A stretch of DNA of 64,000 nt from Lysobacterales bacterium (GTDB lineage Bacteria > Pseudomonadota > Gammaproteobacteria > Xanthomonadales > Wenzhouxiangellaceae), in NCBI GenBank assembly GCA_022360675.1, contig JAKSCJ010000259.1, forward strand, positions 4,169 through 68,168, in the 5' to 3' direction. A program made the position numbers and the translations under genes. Each line of letters begins with the position of its first letter. The stretch's first letter is position 1. Shown here piece by piece: positions 50,932 to 58,906 of the stretch. The notes beneath the pieces were generated by a model. The model was not told the origin of the DNA. It made no database searches and saw only the letters and a program-made list of their open reading frames with translations.

Positions 50932-52158
50932 ATGTTGACTCTACAATCGGCAAGCCAAGTGGTGGACCGACCACAACCGCGTATTGGGCTCGCGGTGGCT
51001 GGCGGAGGCCCGGTGGGGGCAATTTACGAACTGGGCGCATTGCGTGCGCTCGATGAAAGCATCAACGGCATGCATATGCACTATCTCAAAACTTATGTGG
51101 GTGTGAGTGCCGGAGCCTTTATTGCGGCCAGCTTGGCGAACCATGTGTCGACCACGCAAATGTGTCGTATTTTTATGGGCCAACCCGATGCAGAATTAGC
51201 GTTTCGGCCCGAGGCTTTTTTACGCCCGGCTTATCGCGAGTATTACCAGCGGGTGAAACAGATTCCCGGCATCATGGCCGAAGCGGTGGTGGACTGGCTG
51301 AAACGGCCGCGTTTATCGGGCTTGTCGGAATCGTTAAATGGTTTCAGTAAAGCGATTCCCGCCGGTATTTTCGATAATGAAACCATTAATCAGTTCATCG
51401 AGCAGGTGCTGAACGTACCGGGACGCAGTAACGATTTCCGCGAGCTGGATACCCGTTTATTCGTGGTGGCGGTAGATTTAGATACCGGCGTGGCTGTGCG
51501 TTTTGGTTCTGAGGGTTTCGACCACATCCCCATTTCGCGTGCCGTACAGGCCAGTGCTGCCTTGCCCGGTTTGTATCCGCCGGTGCGTTTGGAAGGGCGC
51601 GATTATGTGGATGGCGCGCTGCGCCGCACTTTACACGCCTCCACCGCGCTGAATGAAGACATAGATTTACTGATCGGGGTGAATCCGCTCGTACCTTACG
51701 ATGCGGTGAGCGGCCAAAGCGAGCACCAGCATTTAGCGCTTGAAGGTTTACCGCTGGTGTTATCGCAAACCTTCCGTGCGCTGATCCAATCGCGAATGAA
51801 GGTGGGTATTGGTAAATATCAATCCAGTTATCCTAATGCGGGCATCATGTTGCTGGAGCCCAATCGCGACGACGAGCAGATTTTCTTCACCAATGTGTTC
51901 AGTTATTCCAGTCGCAGCAGCCTGTGCGAGCACGCCTATCAAACCACCCGCGCTGAATTACGCTCGCGATCTGAAGAGTTGGATGATTTCCTCAGCCCCT
52001 ATGGTTTGAGCTTGAATCACGAAATTCTAAATGACCAGGAGCGCAGTTTATTTATGAGCTTGAAATCGGAGCCACGTCGTTTGGCACCGGTGACCCGCGC
52101 TTTAGAACGCGCCTTAAAACGTTTAGACGACGGTTTGGGCAGTCTGAAAAATTCTTAA
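50932..52158 (+). CDS. Patatin-like phospholipase
   Basis: Oxyanion GGGPVGAIYELGALRAL, nucleophile elbow GVSAGA, catalytic Asp region YVDGAL. Start at ATG 50932 (GTG 50911 is possible). Confidence 0.85.
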   Translation: MLTLQSASQVVDRPQPRIGLAVAGGGPVGAIYELGALRALDESINGMHMHYLKTYVGVSAGAFIAASLANHVSTTQMCRIFMGQPDAELAFRPEAFLRPAYREYYQRVKQIPGIMAEAVVDWLKRPRLSGLSESLNGFSKAIPAGIFDNETINQFIEQVLNVPGRSNDFRELDTRLFVVAVDLDTGVAVRFGSEGFDHIPISRAVQASAALPGLYPPVRLEGRDYVDGALRRTLHASTALNEDIDLLIGVNPLVPYDAVSGQSEHQHLALEGLPLVLSQTFRALIQSRMKVGIGKYQSSYPNAGIMLLEPNRDDEQIFFTNVFSYSSRSSLCEHAYQTTRAELRSRSEELDDFLSPYGLSLNHEILNDQERSLFMSLKSEPRRLAPVTRALERALKRLDDGLGSLKNS

Positions 52159-52184
52159 AAAACGATCTTAATTAAAAAACGATC

Positions 52185-52676
52185 TTAATCGGGCGTTGGA
52201 TCGGACTTTTTACGATGCTGGGCAATCCGTTGCAAAATGGCGGCCAGCTCGGCGTCGCTTTGGTTTTCTGCACATTGGCTGAGGTGATCACATACCTGCT
52301 CGGACAGCACTCGAGGCTGTTTAACGGGGGTGGTTTGCGGTGCTCGCGTCTGGACGCGAAACTTCAGCTGGCGTATGCTGCCGGGCCAGTATTTGTAGAC
52401 GGCGGTGAGCCATTGCTCACTTTGCAAACGGGCACGGGTGCCCCAAGCAGCGGAGTCGGCGGCGATCACTAGCACCCCGTCACGAATACAAGCGATACGC
52501 GTGTGACGCGCTAAATCTTCTGGCAGTTCGGCACTGGCCAATTGATTGAGGCGCTCGAAGGCTTGGGCGCGACTCAGCATTTGCTTCAACGCACCAGCAT
52601 CCTCTGCACAAATATCGCCGACCGAATTTGCCTTGGGAATGGGGCCTGAGGGGAAAAACTTGAGTGAGTCTGTCAC
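52185..52676 (-). CDS. dciA: DUF721 protein (DciA-type replicative helicase loader candidate)
   Basis: The length and central pattern (ARHTRIACIRDGVLVIAADSAAWGTRARL) are typical of DUF721. It is divergent from secA, as in pseudomonads. Confidence 0.65.
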   Translation of the reverse strand: MTDSLKFFPSGPIPKANSVGDICAEDAGALKQMLSRAQAFERLNQLASAELPEDLARHTRIACIRDGVLVIAADSAAWGTRARLQSEQWLTAVYKYWPGSIRQLKFRVQTRAPQTTPVKQPRVLSEQVCDHLSQCAENQSDAELAAILQRIAQHRKKSDPTPD

Positions 52677-52892
52677 GGCTTACTCTTGGATCGTTTCAAC
52701 AACAATAAATCATGAAGGCAGACCGTAAATTCCCGGTCCCCTCACATGATGGTAATACACAGCCACATTAAATAATGGCGACACTCATTAAAGAATATCA
52801 GCTTCAAAACCAAGCAACACGCTTTTTCAGCGCCCAGTGGGTTGTACCGATGGGTTGTTGTTGCGCACTTGATGATGCTGGAAGTTGTCTGG

Positions 52893-53039
52893 ATGAGTGA
52901 GCATTCATTGGTCAAATGGCTGCCGATGAATCGCGGCCGCTCGTTATTTATTGTGGGGACTCATATTGCATCTGGACACAAGCAACCCTATATGCTTGAT
53001 TCTGGCACTGCCAACTGCACCCGTCCAGTAATTAGATGA
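52893..53039 (+). CDS. Candidate 48-codon leader ORF ending 17 nt upstream of secA
   Basis: GGAAG lies 8 nt before ATG 52893. Peptide: MSEHSLVKWLPMNRGRSLFIVGTHIASGHKQPYMLDSGTANCTRPVIR. It is in the same frame as the 65-aa ORF-track entry. There is no homology evidence. Confidence 0.25.
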   Translation: MSEHSLVKWLPMNRGRSLFIVGTHIASGHKQPYMLDSGTANCTRPVIR

Positions 53040-53055
53040 TTAACGGAAGCGCCTC

Positions 53056-55773
53056 ATGCTGAACCGCATAATGACCCGGATTTTCGGCAGCCGTAACCAA
53101 CGGTTGTTGAAACGCATGCAGAAAACAGTTGCGGAGATCAATGCTCTGGAACCCAAAATCCAAGCATTGAACGACGACGAACTGAAAGGAAAAACTGCAG
53201 AGTTTCGCCAACAGCTCGAACAAGGAAAAGCCTTAGACGCGCTGTTACCGGAAGCCTTTGCGGTTTGCCGGGAGGCAGCCCGACGCACTTTAGGCCTGCG
53301 TCATTACGACGTTCAGCTGATCGGTGGCATGGTTTTGCACAATGGTCAGATCGCCGAGATGAAAACCGGCGAGGGTAAAACCCTGATGGCCACCTTGGCA
53401 GCGTACCTGAACGCTCTGCCAGGTAAAGGTGTGCATGTGGTTACGGTGAACGACTACCTGGCCACGCGTGACGCCGACTGGATGCGCCCTGTTTACGAAG
53501 CTCTGGGCTTAACCGTGGCCACTGTGGTGCCGGGGATGACGGGCCCGGCCAAACGCGCTGCCTACGCAGCCGACGTGAGCTACGCCACGAACAACGAGCT
53601 GGGCTTCGATTATCTACGCGATAACATGGCTTTTGCCGCCGATCAAAAAGTACAGCGCGAACACGCCTTTGCTGTGGTGGATGAGGTGGATTCCATTCTC
53701 ATCGATGAAGCACGTACACCGCTGATCATCTCGGGTCCGGTGGAAGAAAGCCCGCAGCTCTACGTACAAATTAATCAGCTGGCACCTCAGCTGGTGAAGC
53801 AGGAAGAAGAAGACGGCCCCGGCGATTTCAGCGCTGAAGAGAAAAACCGCCAAGTGTTCCTCACCGAGGAAGGCATGGCCAAGATGGAAGGCCTGATGAT
53901 TGAGGCCGGCCTGCTGAAAGAAGGCGACAGCCTTTATAACGCCAATAACCTGAATTTGGTGCATCACCTCAACGCGGCACTGCGTGCGCATCACTTATTC
54001 CACAAAGATGTGGATTACATCGTACGTGATGGCGAGATTGTAATCGTTGACGAATTCACCGGCCGCACCTTGGCGGGTCGCCGTTGGTCCGATGGCTTGC
54101 ACCAAGCGATGGAAGCCAAAGAAGGCGTGCCGGTTCAGCGCGATAACCAAACCTTAGCTTCAATCACCTTCCAGAATTATTTCCGTCTGTACGACAAATT
54201 GTCGGGCATGACGGGTACCGCCGATACCGAAGCCTACGAGTTCCAGCAAATTTATGGCTTAGAAGTGGTGGTGATTCCCACCCATCGCCCGATGAAACGC
54301 AACGATATGGGCGATCTGGTGTATCTCACCACAGAAGAAAAATTCAAAGCCATCGCCGATGATATTCGCGATTGCGTAAAACGTGGCCAGCCCTCACTCG
54401 TGGGCACCACTTCCATTGAGACTTCAGAGCTGATCGCCAAGCTTTTGAAGAAAGAAAAAATTCCCCACGAAGTGCTCAACGCCAAGCAACACGAACGCGA
54501 AGCGCACATCGTGGCCCAGGCCGGTCGCCCCGGTGCGGTCACCATTGCCACCAATATGGCGGGCCGTGGTACTGACATTGTGCTGGGCGGTAACTTAAAA
54601 GCCGAACTGGCCGAGCTGGGCGAAGAGATTTCCGACGAGAAAAAAGCGGAAGTCGAAAAAGCCTGGCAAGAGCGCCACGATAAAGTTTTGGAGGCCGGTG
54701 GCCTGCATATTATCGGTACCGAGCGCCATGAGTCGCGCCGTATCGATAACCAGCTGCGTGGTCGTTCTGGTCGTCAAGGCGATTCGGGTTCTTCGCGCTT
54801 TTATCTGTCACTTGAAGATAGCCTGATGCGTATCTTTGCTTCTGATCGTCTGGGTGCCATGATGAAGCGCTTAGGCATGGAGAAAGACGAAGCCATCGAG
54901 CACCCTTGGGTAAGCCGTGCTATCGAAAACGCCCAGCGTAAGGTGGAAGGCCATAACTTCGACATTCGTAAGCATCTGCTGGAATTCGATGATGTGGCTA
55001 ACGATCAGCGTAAAGTGATTTACGAAATGCGTAATGATCTGATGGGCGCTGAAGAAGTCCAAGAAACCATTCAAGATATTCGCCAAGATGTGATCACAAG
55101 GCACATCGCTACCTACATTCCGCCCGGCAGCATCGACGAGCAATGGGATGTTCCCGGCTTAGAGCGTGCCTTAGAAGGTGATTTCGGTATTCAATTGCCG
55201 ATTCGCGAGTGGTTGGAGCAAGATGACAAACTCCACGAAGAAGCGCTGCGCGAAAAGATCCACGGTGCGGTAGATCAGTTCTACACCGACCGTGAAGCGG
55301 TTACCGGCAGCGATGTGATGCGCCATCTGGAAAAAGCCGTGCTGCTCAGTGTGCTCGACCAACAATGGAAAGAGCATCTGGCCAATATGGATTACCTGCG
55401 TCAAGGTATTCACCTGCGCGGTTACGCCCAGAAGCAGCCCAAGCAGGAATACAAGCGCGAGTCCTATGAAATGTTCACCGATTTACTGGAGAACATTAAG
55501 CTGGAAACGTTGAAAATTGTTAGCCGCGTACGGGTTCGCGATGAGGAAGACGTGCAGGCGATGGACGACCAACGTCGCCGCCAAGACGAAACCCAAATGG
55601 AATACCAGCACGCCGAAGCTCAATCCTCTTTAGCGGGTAATAACGAAGAAGCCGCGGCGGCAGAACAACAAGGCCAACCGGTCATGCGTGATACCCCGAA
55701 AGTGGGCCGTAATGATCCTTGCCCCTGTGGTTCAGGTAAAAAATACAAGCACTGCCACGGTCAACTGAGCTAA
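53056..55773 (+). CDS. secA: Preprotein translocase ATPase SecA
   Basis: [21 protein letters not shown], Walker [28 protein letters not shown], and the C-terminal zinc motif [14 protein letters not shown]. Confidence 0.98.
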   Translation: MLNRIMTRIFGSRNQRLLKRMQKTVAEINALEPKIQALNDDELKGKTAEFRQQLEQGKALDALLPEAFAVCREAARRTLGLRHYDVQLIGGMVLHNGQIAEMKTGEGKTLMATLAAYLNALPGKGVHVVTVNDYLATRDADWMRPVYEALGLTVATVVPGMTGPAKRAAYAADVSYATNNELGFDYLRDNMAFAADQKVQREHAFAVVDEVDSILIDEARTPLIISGPVEESPQLYVQINQLAPQLVKQEEEDGPGDFSAEEKNRQVFLTEEGMAKMEGLMIEAGLLKEGDSLYNANNLNLVHHLNAALRAHHLFHKDVDYIVRDGEIVIVDEFTGRTLAGRRWSDGLHQAMEAKEGVPVQRDNQTLASITFQNYFRLYDKLSGMTGTADTEAYEFQQIYGLEVVVIPTHRPMKRNDMGDLVYLTTEEKFKAIADDIRDCVKRGQPSLVGTTSIETSELIAKLLKKEKIPHEVLNAKQHEREAHIVAQAGRPGAVTIATNMAGRGTDIVLGGNLKAELAELGEEISDEKKAEVEKAWQERHDKVLEAGGLHIIGTERHESRRIDNQLRGRSGRQGDSGSSRFYLSLEDSLMRIFASDRLGAMMKRLGMEKDEAIEHPWVSRAIENAQRKVEGHNFDIRKHLLEFDDVANDQRKVIYEMRNDLMGAEEVQETIQDIRQDVITRHIATYIPPGSIDEQWDVPGLERALEGDFGIQLPIREWLEQDDKLHEEALREKIHGAVDQFYTDREAVTGSDVMRHLEKAVLLSVLDQQWKEHLANMDYLRQGIHLRGYAQKQPKQEYKRESYEMFTDLLENIKLETLKIVSRVRVRDEEDVQAMDDQRRRQDETQMEYQHAEAQSSLAGNNEEAAAAEQQGQPVMRDTPKVGRNDPCPCGSGKKYKHCHGQLS

Positions 55774-55827
55774 GTCGACTCTCGGCAAGCGCTAGAGCAT
55801 AACTGCTCATCAGCAATAATCAGCAAC

Positions 55828-55855
55828 AAGCCCCGCATCTGCGGGGCTTTGTGTA
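55828..55855 (+). terminator. Rho-independent terminator after secA
   Basis: AAGCCCCGC-atct-GCGGGGCTTTGTGT. Confidence 0.8.
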
Positions 55856-55867
55856 TCTGAGAAGATC

Positions 55868-56806
55868 ATGAAGCAAATCATCGTAGCAGCGGGCATAGTG
55901 TATGGCCCCGAAGGACAAGTCTTACTGGCCCAACGCCCACCCAAAAGCCATCAAGAAGGCTGGTGGGAATTTCCGGGTGGCAAATTAGAAGCTGGTGAAA
56001 CCCCGCACGTGGCCTTGGATCGTGAGCTGCAAGAAGAATTGGGTATTCGGGTACTGGCCAGTCGGCCTTTTATGACGATTCGCCATCGTTATGAAGATCG
56101 CGAAGTTACTTTGCTGGTGCGCGAGGTTTTGCGTTATCAGGGTGAGCCACGTGGTGCCGAAGGCCAGGAAATCGCTTGGGTTAAAGCCAAAGACTTGCCC
56201 CAGTGGCGGGTGCTACCGGCTGATGCACCGGTGATTCGCGCGTTAATGCTGCCCCATCAATATTTGATTACTCCCGATCTAAAACCCGGCGACCACGCTA
56301 CCTTAATGCGTGGTGTGCGCTCAGCATTAGCGCGTGGTTTGCCGATGATACAACTGCGATTACCGCGTTGGTCGACGGAGGATTACGCCGCAGCCGCCAA
56401 AGCGGTGATGGAGGTTACTCGTGCTGCCGGTGGCCAGCTGCTGTTAAATCGCGATTGGCGTTTAGCGCAAGAACTCGGGGCTGCGGGTGTGCATTTATCG
56501 GCGCCCCAATTGAATGAATTGAGCGAACGGCCGGCGGGTTTATCGGTGGTGGCGGCATCCACCCATAATCTGGAGGAATTAAACCGTGCACAGGCTTTGG
56601 AATGTGATTTTGTGTGTCTAAGTCCGGTACGCAGAACACCGACCCACCCCGAGGCTACGGCTTTAAACTGGCATGGTTTTGCCGAATTGGTGGCAGAGAG
56701 TAATTTGCCTATATTCGCTCTGGGCGGCGTGCGGCTTGAAGATTTTGACCAAGCGCGCGAAGCCGGCGCTGTGGGTGTGGCGGGGATTCGCGGCTTTTGG
56801 CTGTAA
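55868..56806 (+). CDS. mutT: Nudix hydrolase (MutT-like 8-oxo-dGTPase) fused to a ThiE-like TIM-barrel domain
   Basis: Nudix box GGKLEAGETPHVALDRELQEELGI. The C-terminal ~170 aa has thiamine-phosphate-synthase-like segments (GVHLS..., IFALGGV). It follows secA, like the Pseudomonas fusion protein. Confidence 0.85.
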   Translation: MKQIIVAAGIVYGPEGQVLLAQRPPKSHQEGWWEFPGGKLEAGETPHVALDRELQEELGIRVLASRPFMTIRHRYEDREVTLLVREVLRYQGEPRGAEGQEIAWVKAKDLPQWRVLPADAPVIRALMLPHQYLITPDLKPGDHATLMRGVRSALARGLPMIQLRLPRWSTEDYAAAAKAVMEVTRAAGGQLLLNRDWRLAQELGAAGVHLSAPQLNELSERPAGLSVVAASTHNLEELNRAQALECDFVCLSPVRRTPTHPEATALNWHGFAELVAESNLPIFALGGVRLEDFDQAREAGAVGVAGIRGFWL

Positions 56807-56905
56807 CCACCAGGGTTTTGCTCAGATATTTTATCGATTAGGAATATTCGTTCCAAACTTGATGCTGTTCATGGACGGTTCATTGGAATCGTGCATAATG
56901 AAGTC

Positions 56906-57481
56906 ATGAAAGGGTGGATATTTCTTCTATTGCTGCTGCTCTCAGCCAGCGCTCAAGCTAATTTGCACTGTGGTAATCGCCTTGTGAATCGCGGCGACCC
57001 GCAGTATCACGTGGCCGAGCATTGCCCCGAACCGTTTTGGGTCGAGCGTTGGGAAGCACCTCTTGATCATCAATACCATTACAGCGGCCCCTATGGCGGC
57101 CGTGCCTTTGGCGGTGTGCGTTTTGAAGCCTGGTATATCAACTTTGGCTCCAACAAGCTGATGCGGCGTTTGGTCTTTCGTAATGGTTATTTAGAATCTA
57201 CCGAAAGCTTAGGCCGCGGTGTCGGTTTCCGTCCGGGTACACGCCGTTGTAGCTCTAGAGAGCTGCGTTTGGCGGGTAACTCGGCAGGCGAAATTTACGC
57301 TAACTGTGGCGCTCCCGATTACATTTACGATGAGCCGGTGGCTTTCGTGCAGCCGCGTCATAATGGCGGGCACTTTGTGTATCGTACGCGCTGGGTTTAC
57401 GACTATGGCTCTGGGCGTTTGGATCGGGAATTAATCTTCCAAGATGGCCGCCTCATACGAATTAACGATTTCCGGCCCTAG
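56906..57481 (+). CDS. Secreted protein with two DUF2845-like repeats
   Basis: ATG 56906 gives a signal peptide (MKGWIFLLLLLLSASAQA). Two copies of a C...G(D/N)...C(G/P)xP...F(Q/R)(D/N)G.L module follow. Confidence 0.65.
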   Translation: MKGWIFLLLLLLSASAQANLHCGNRLVNRGDPQYHVAEHCPEPFWVERWEAPLDHQYHYSGPYGGRAFGGVRFEAWYINFGSNKLMRRLVFRNGYLESTESLGRGVGFRPGTRRCSSRELRLAGNSAGEIYANCGAPDYIYDEPVAFVQPRHNGGHFVYRTRWVYDYGSGRLDRELIFQDGRLIRINDFRP

Positions 57482-57567
57482 TTTGCTATTCTAAACTGGT
57501 GACACTAAGGCTATGCTTTAAGGCTTAGTGCATTAATTAAAGAGAAAAAACAGTCGATCGACGAAAT

Positions 57568-57595
57568 CGATAAGCCAAAAGCGATAAGCCAAAAG
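57568..57595. repeat. Perfect 14-bp tandem repeat x2 (CGATAAGCCAAAAG) with a degenerate third copy
   Basis: Read directly from the sequence, in the A-rich region upstream of the ECF sigma gene. Confidence 0.95.
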
Positions 57596-57829
57596 TGAAA
57601 TCGCATAGGCAAAAACAAGATTAAAGACAAAACAATAAATGGCCACAATAGGCCGTCAGCCAGATAGGGCTTGATGCCCGCTCATATCTCACTGCCCAGG
57701 CCTGGGCGGTTTACTCTGAATCAGGACGATCAAACGACATCCAAGCCGTGCCTATGCATTGGGCAGCTTGGAACGTGGACCAAAGGTGGTGCCCCCACAC
57801 CGGCTTTGTGCCTGAGAGAGGTTACAACA

Positions 57830-58402
57830 ATGCCACAAGTTGAATGTACGCAACTGATCCGTGCTTGGCAGGGGGGCGATTCCCATGCTCGCGACCAGCT
57901 ATTTCAAATTATCTATCCTGAGTTACGGCAAATAGCAGCGCGCCAATTGCGCCAATGTAATCCGGGTAATACGCTCAATAGTACGGCTTTAGTTCATGAG
58001 TTATACGCCAAGCTGTATAACGACCGGGCAGCCTATGAAAGCCGAAACCACTTCAAGGCGGTGGCAGCCAAAGCCATGCGCCATATCATCACCGATCATA
58101 TTCGTCGCAATAAAGCGCAAAAACGCGGCGGCGATTTAATGCAAACGGCCATGGATACCAGCCTGCTGGCGGTGAACAACGATCCACACAACACGGTGGA
58201 AGTGCTGGACCTGTTGGACCAATTAGAGGTTTTAGGCGAGCGTTTTATGACGGTGGTGGAATGCCGCTTATTTGCCGGTATGACTGAAGACGAAATTGCC
58301 CAGTCGTTATCGGTATCGCGCCGCACCATTCAGCGCGACTGGGCTAAGGCTGTGGCGTGGATTCAGTATCGTATGGATCACAGCGGCGCACCTGCGGTTT
58401 AA
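57830..58402 (+). CDS. ECF-type RNA polymerase sigma factor (TIGR02999/Sig70_X6-like)
   Basis: ATG 57830 is preceded by gagagagg. N-terminus TQLIRAWQGGDSHARDQLFQIIYPELRQIAARQL...LNSTALVHELYAKL is characteristic of this ECF group. The region-4 HTH is EDEIAQSLSVSRRTIQRDWAKA. Confidence 0.85.
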   Translation: MPQVECTQLIRAWQGGDSHARDQLFQIIYPELRQIAARQLRQCNPGNTLNSTALVHELYAKLYNDRAAYESRNHFKAVAAKAMRHIITDHIRRNKAQKRGGDLMQTAMDTSLLAVNNDPHNTVEVLDLLDQLEVLGERFMTVVECRLFAGMTEDEIAQSLSVSRRTIQRDWAKAVAWIQYRMDHSGAPAV

Positions 58403-58606
58403 GCGCCTTCTTTGCGTCGGCACGGCGCGTTTCAAATAAGCTTGCTCGGCACCGCTTGGATAGTGAACGATATGTTCGCTGTCCAGGCAGTTGCTGGCGA
58501 AGCTTTGCCGCTTTGACGAAATTCTCGCGTTCTCGCTAAGCCCCCGGCTTCTGGTGCTGACTCGATGTGAAAGCGAATCATCGATAAAAATCTTCACATC
58601 GTTGTT

Positions 58607-58625
58607 GATAATGATTCTCGTTTGT
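58607..58625 (+). promoter_or_regulatory. Fur-box-like operator within a sigma70-like promoter
   Basis: GATAATGATTCTCGTTTGT matches GATAATGATAATCATTATC at 13/19 positions, with the first 9 perfect. It lies between a TTGATA -35 (58605-58610) and a TAAATA/AATAAT -10 (about 58629-58637). Confidence 0.5.
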
Positions 58626-58639
58626 GTTTAAATAATTCC

Positions 58640-58750
58640 ACCCCTAGCCTTTCCGTAAAGAAAGACAGCCTTCAGAGAAACAAAGATTCAGTTCAGTAAG
58701 CGACTTTCCCTATCAGGCCGAGTAATTGACCCTTACTCGGCCAATTTTTT
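58640..58750 (+). ncRNA. Candidate Fur-repressed small RNA (PrrF/RyhB-like logic)
   Basis: No ORF is present. The promoter and Fur box lie immediately upstream. A strong terminator GGCCGAGTAA-ttgaccc-TTACTCGGCCAATTTTTT sits at 58716-58750. The C-rich/U-rich single-stranded stretch CUUUCCCUAUCAGGC before the terminator resembles the PrrF 3' region from memory. Confidence 0.45.
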
Positions 58751-58906
58751 ATCTGCAGCCTTCGTTTTTCAAAATCTCCACTTTGATTAACTTCTGTCAC
58801 TCCCGATTTTTCCAATGTGTGCACTCAACACTGAATTTTTTCCATAAAAAAACGCCGCCGGGCAGAGGCACCGACAGCGTTTTTTCTAAGCTTGTGTGAA
58901 TACTGC

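Noticed and set aside
50361-51056. 105-aa and 115-aa plus-strand ORFs in the bcp-patatin gap
   Set aside because: Their Cys/Trp/Arg-rich composition is atypical of real proteins, and the second overlaps the patatin gene start out of frame. The region is reported only as an unexplained gap.
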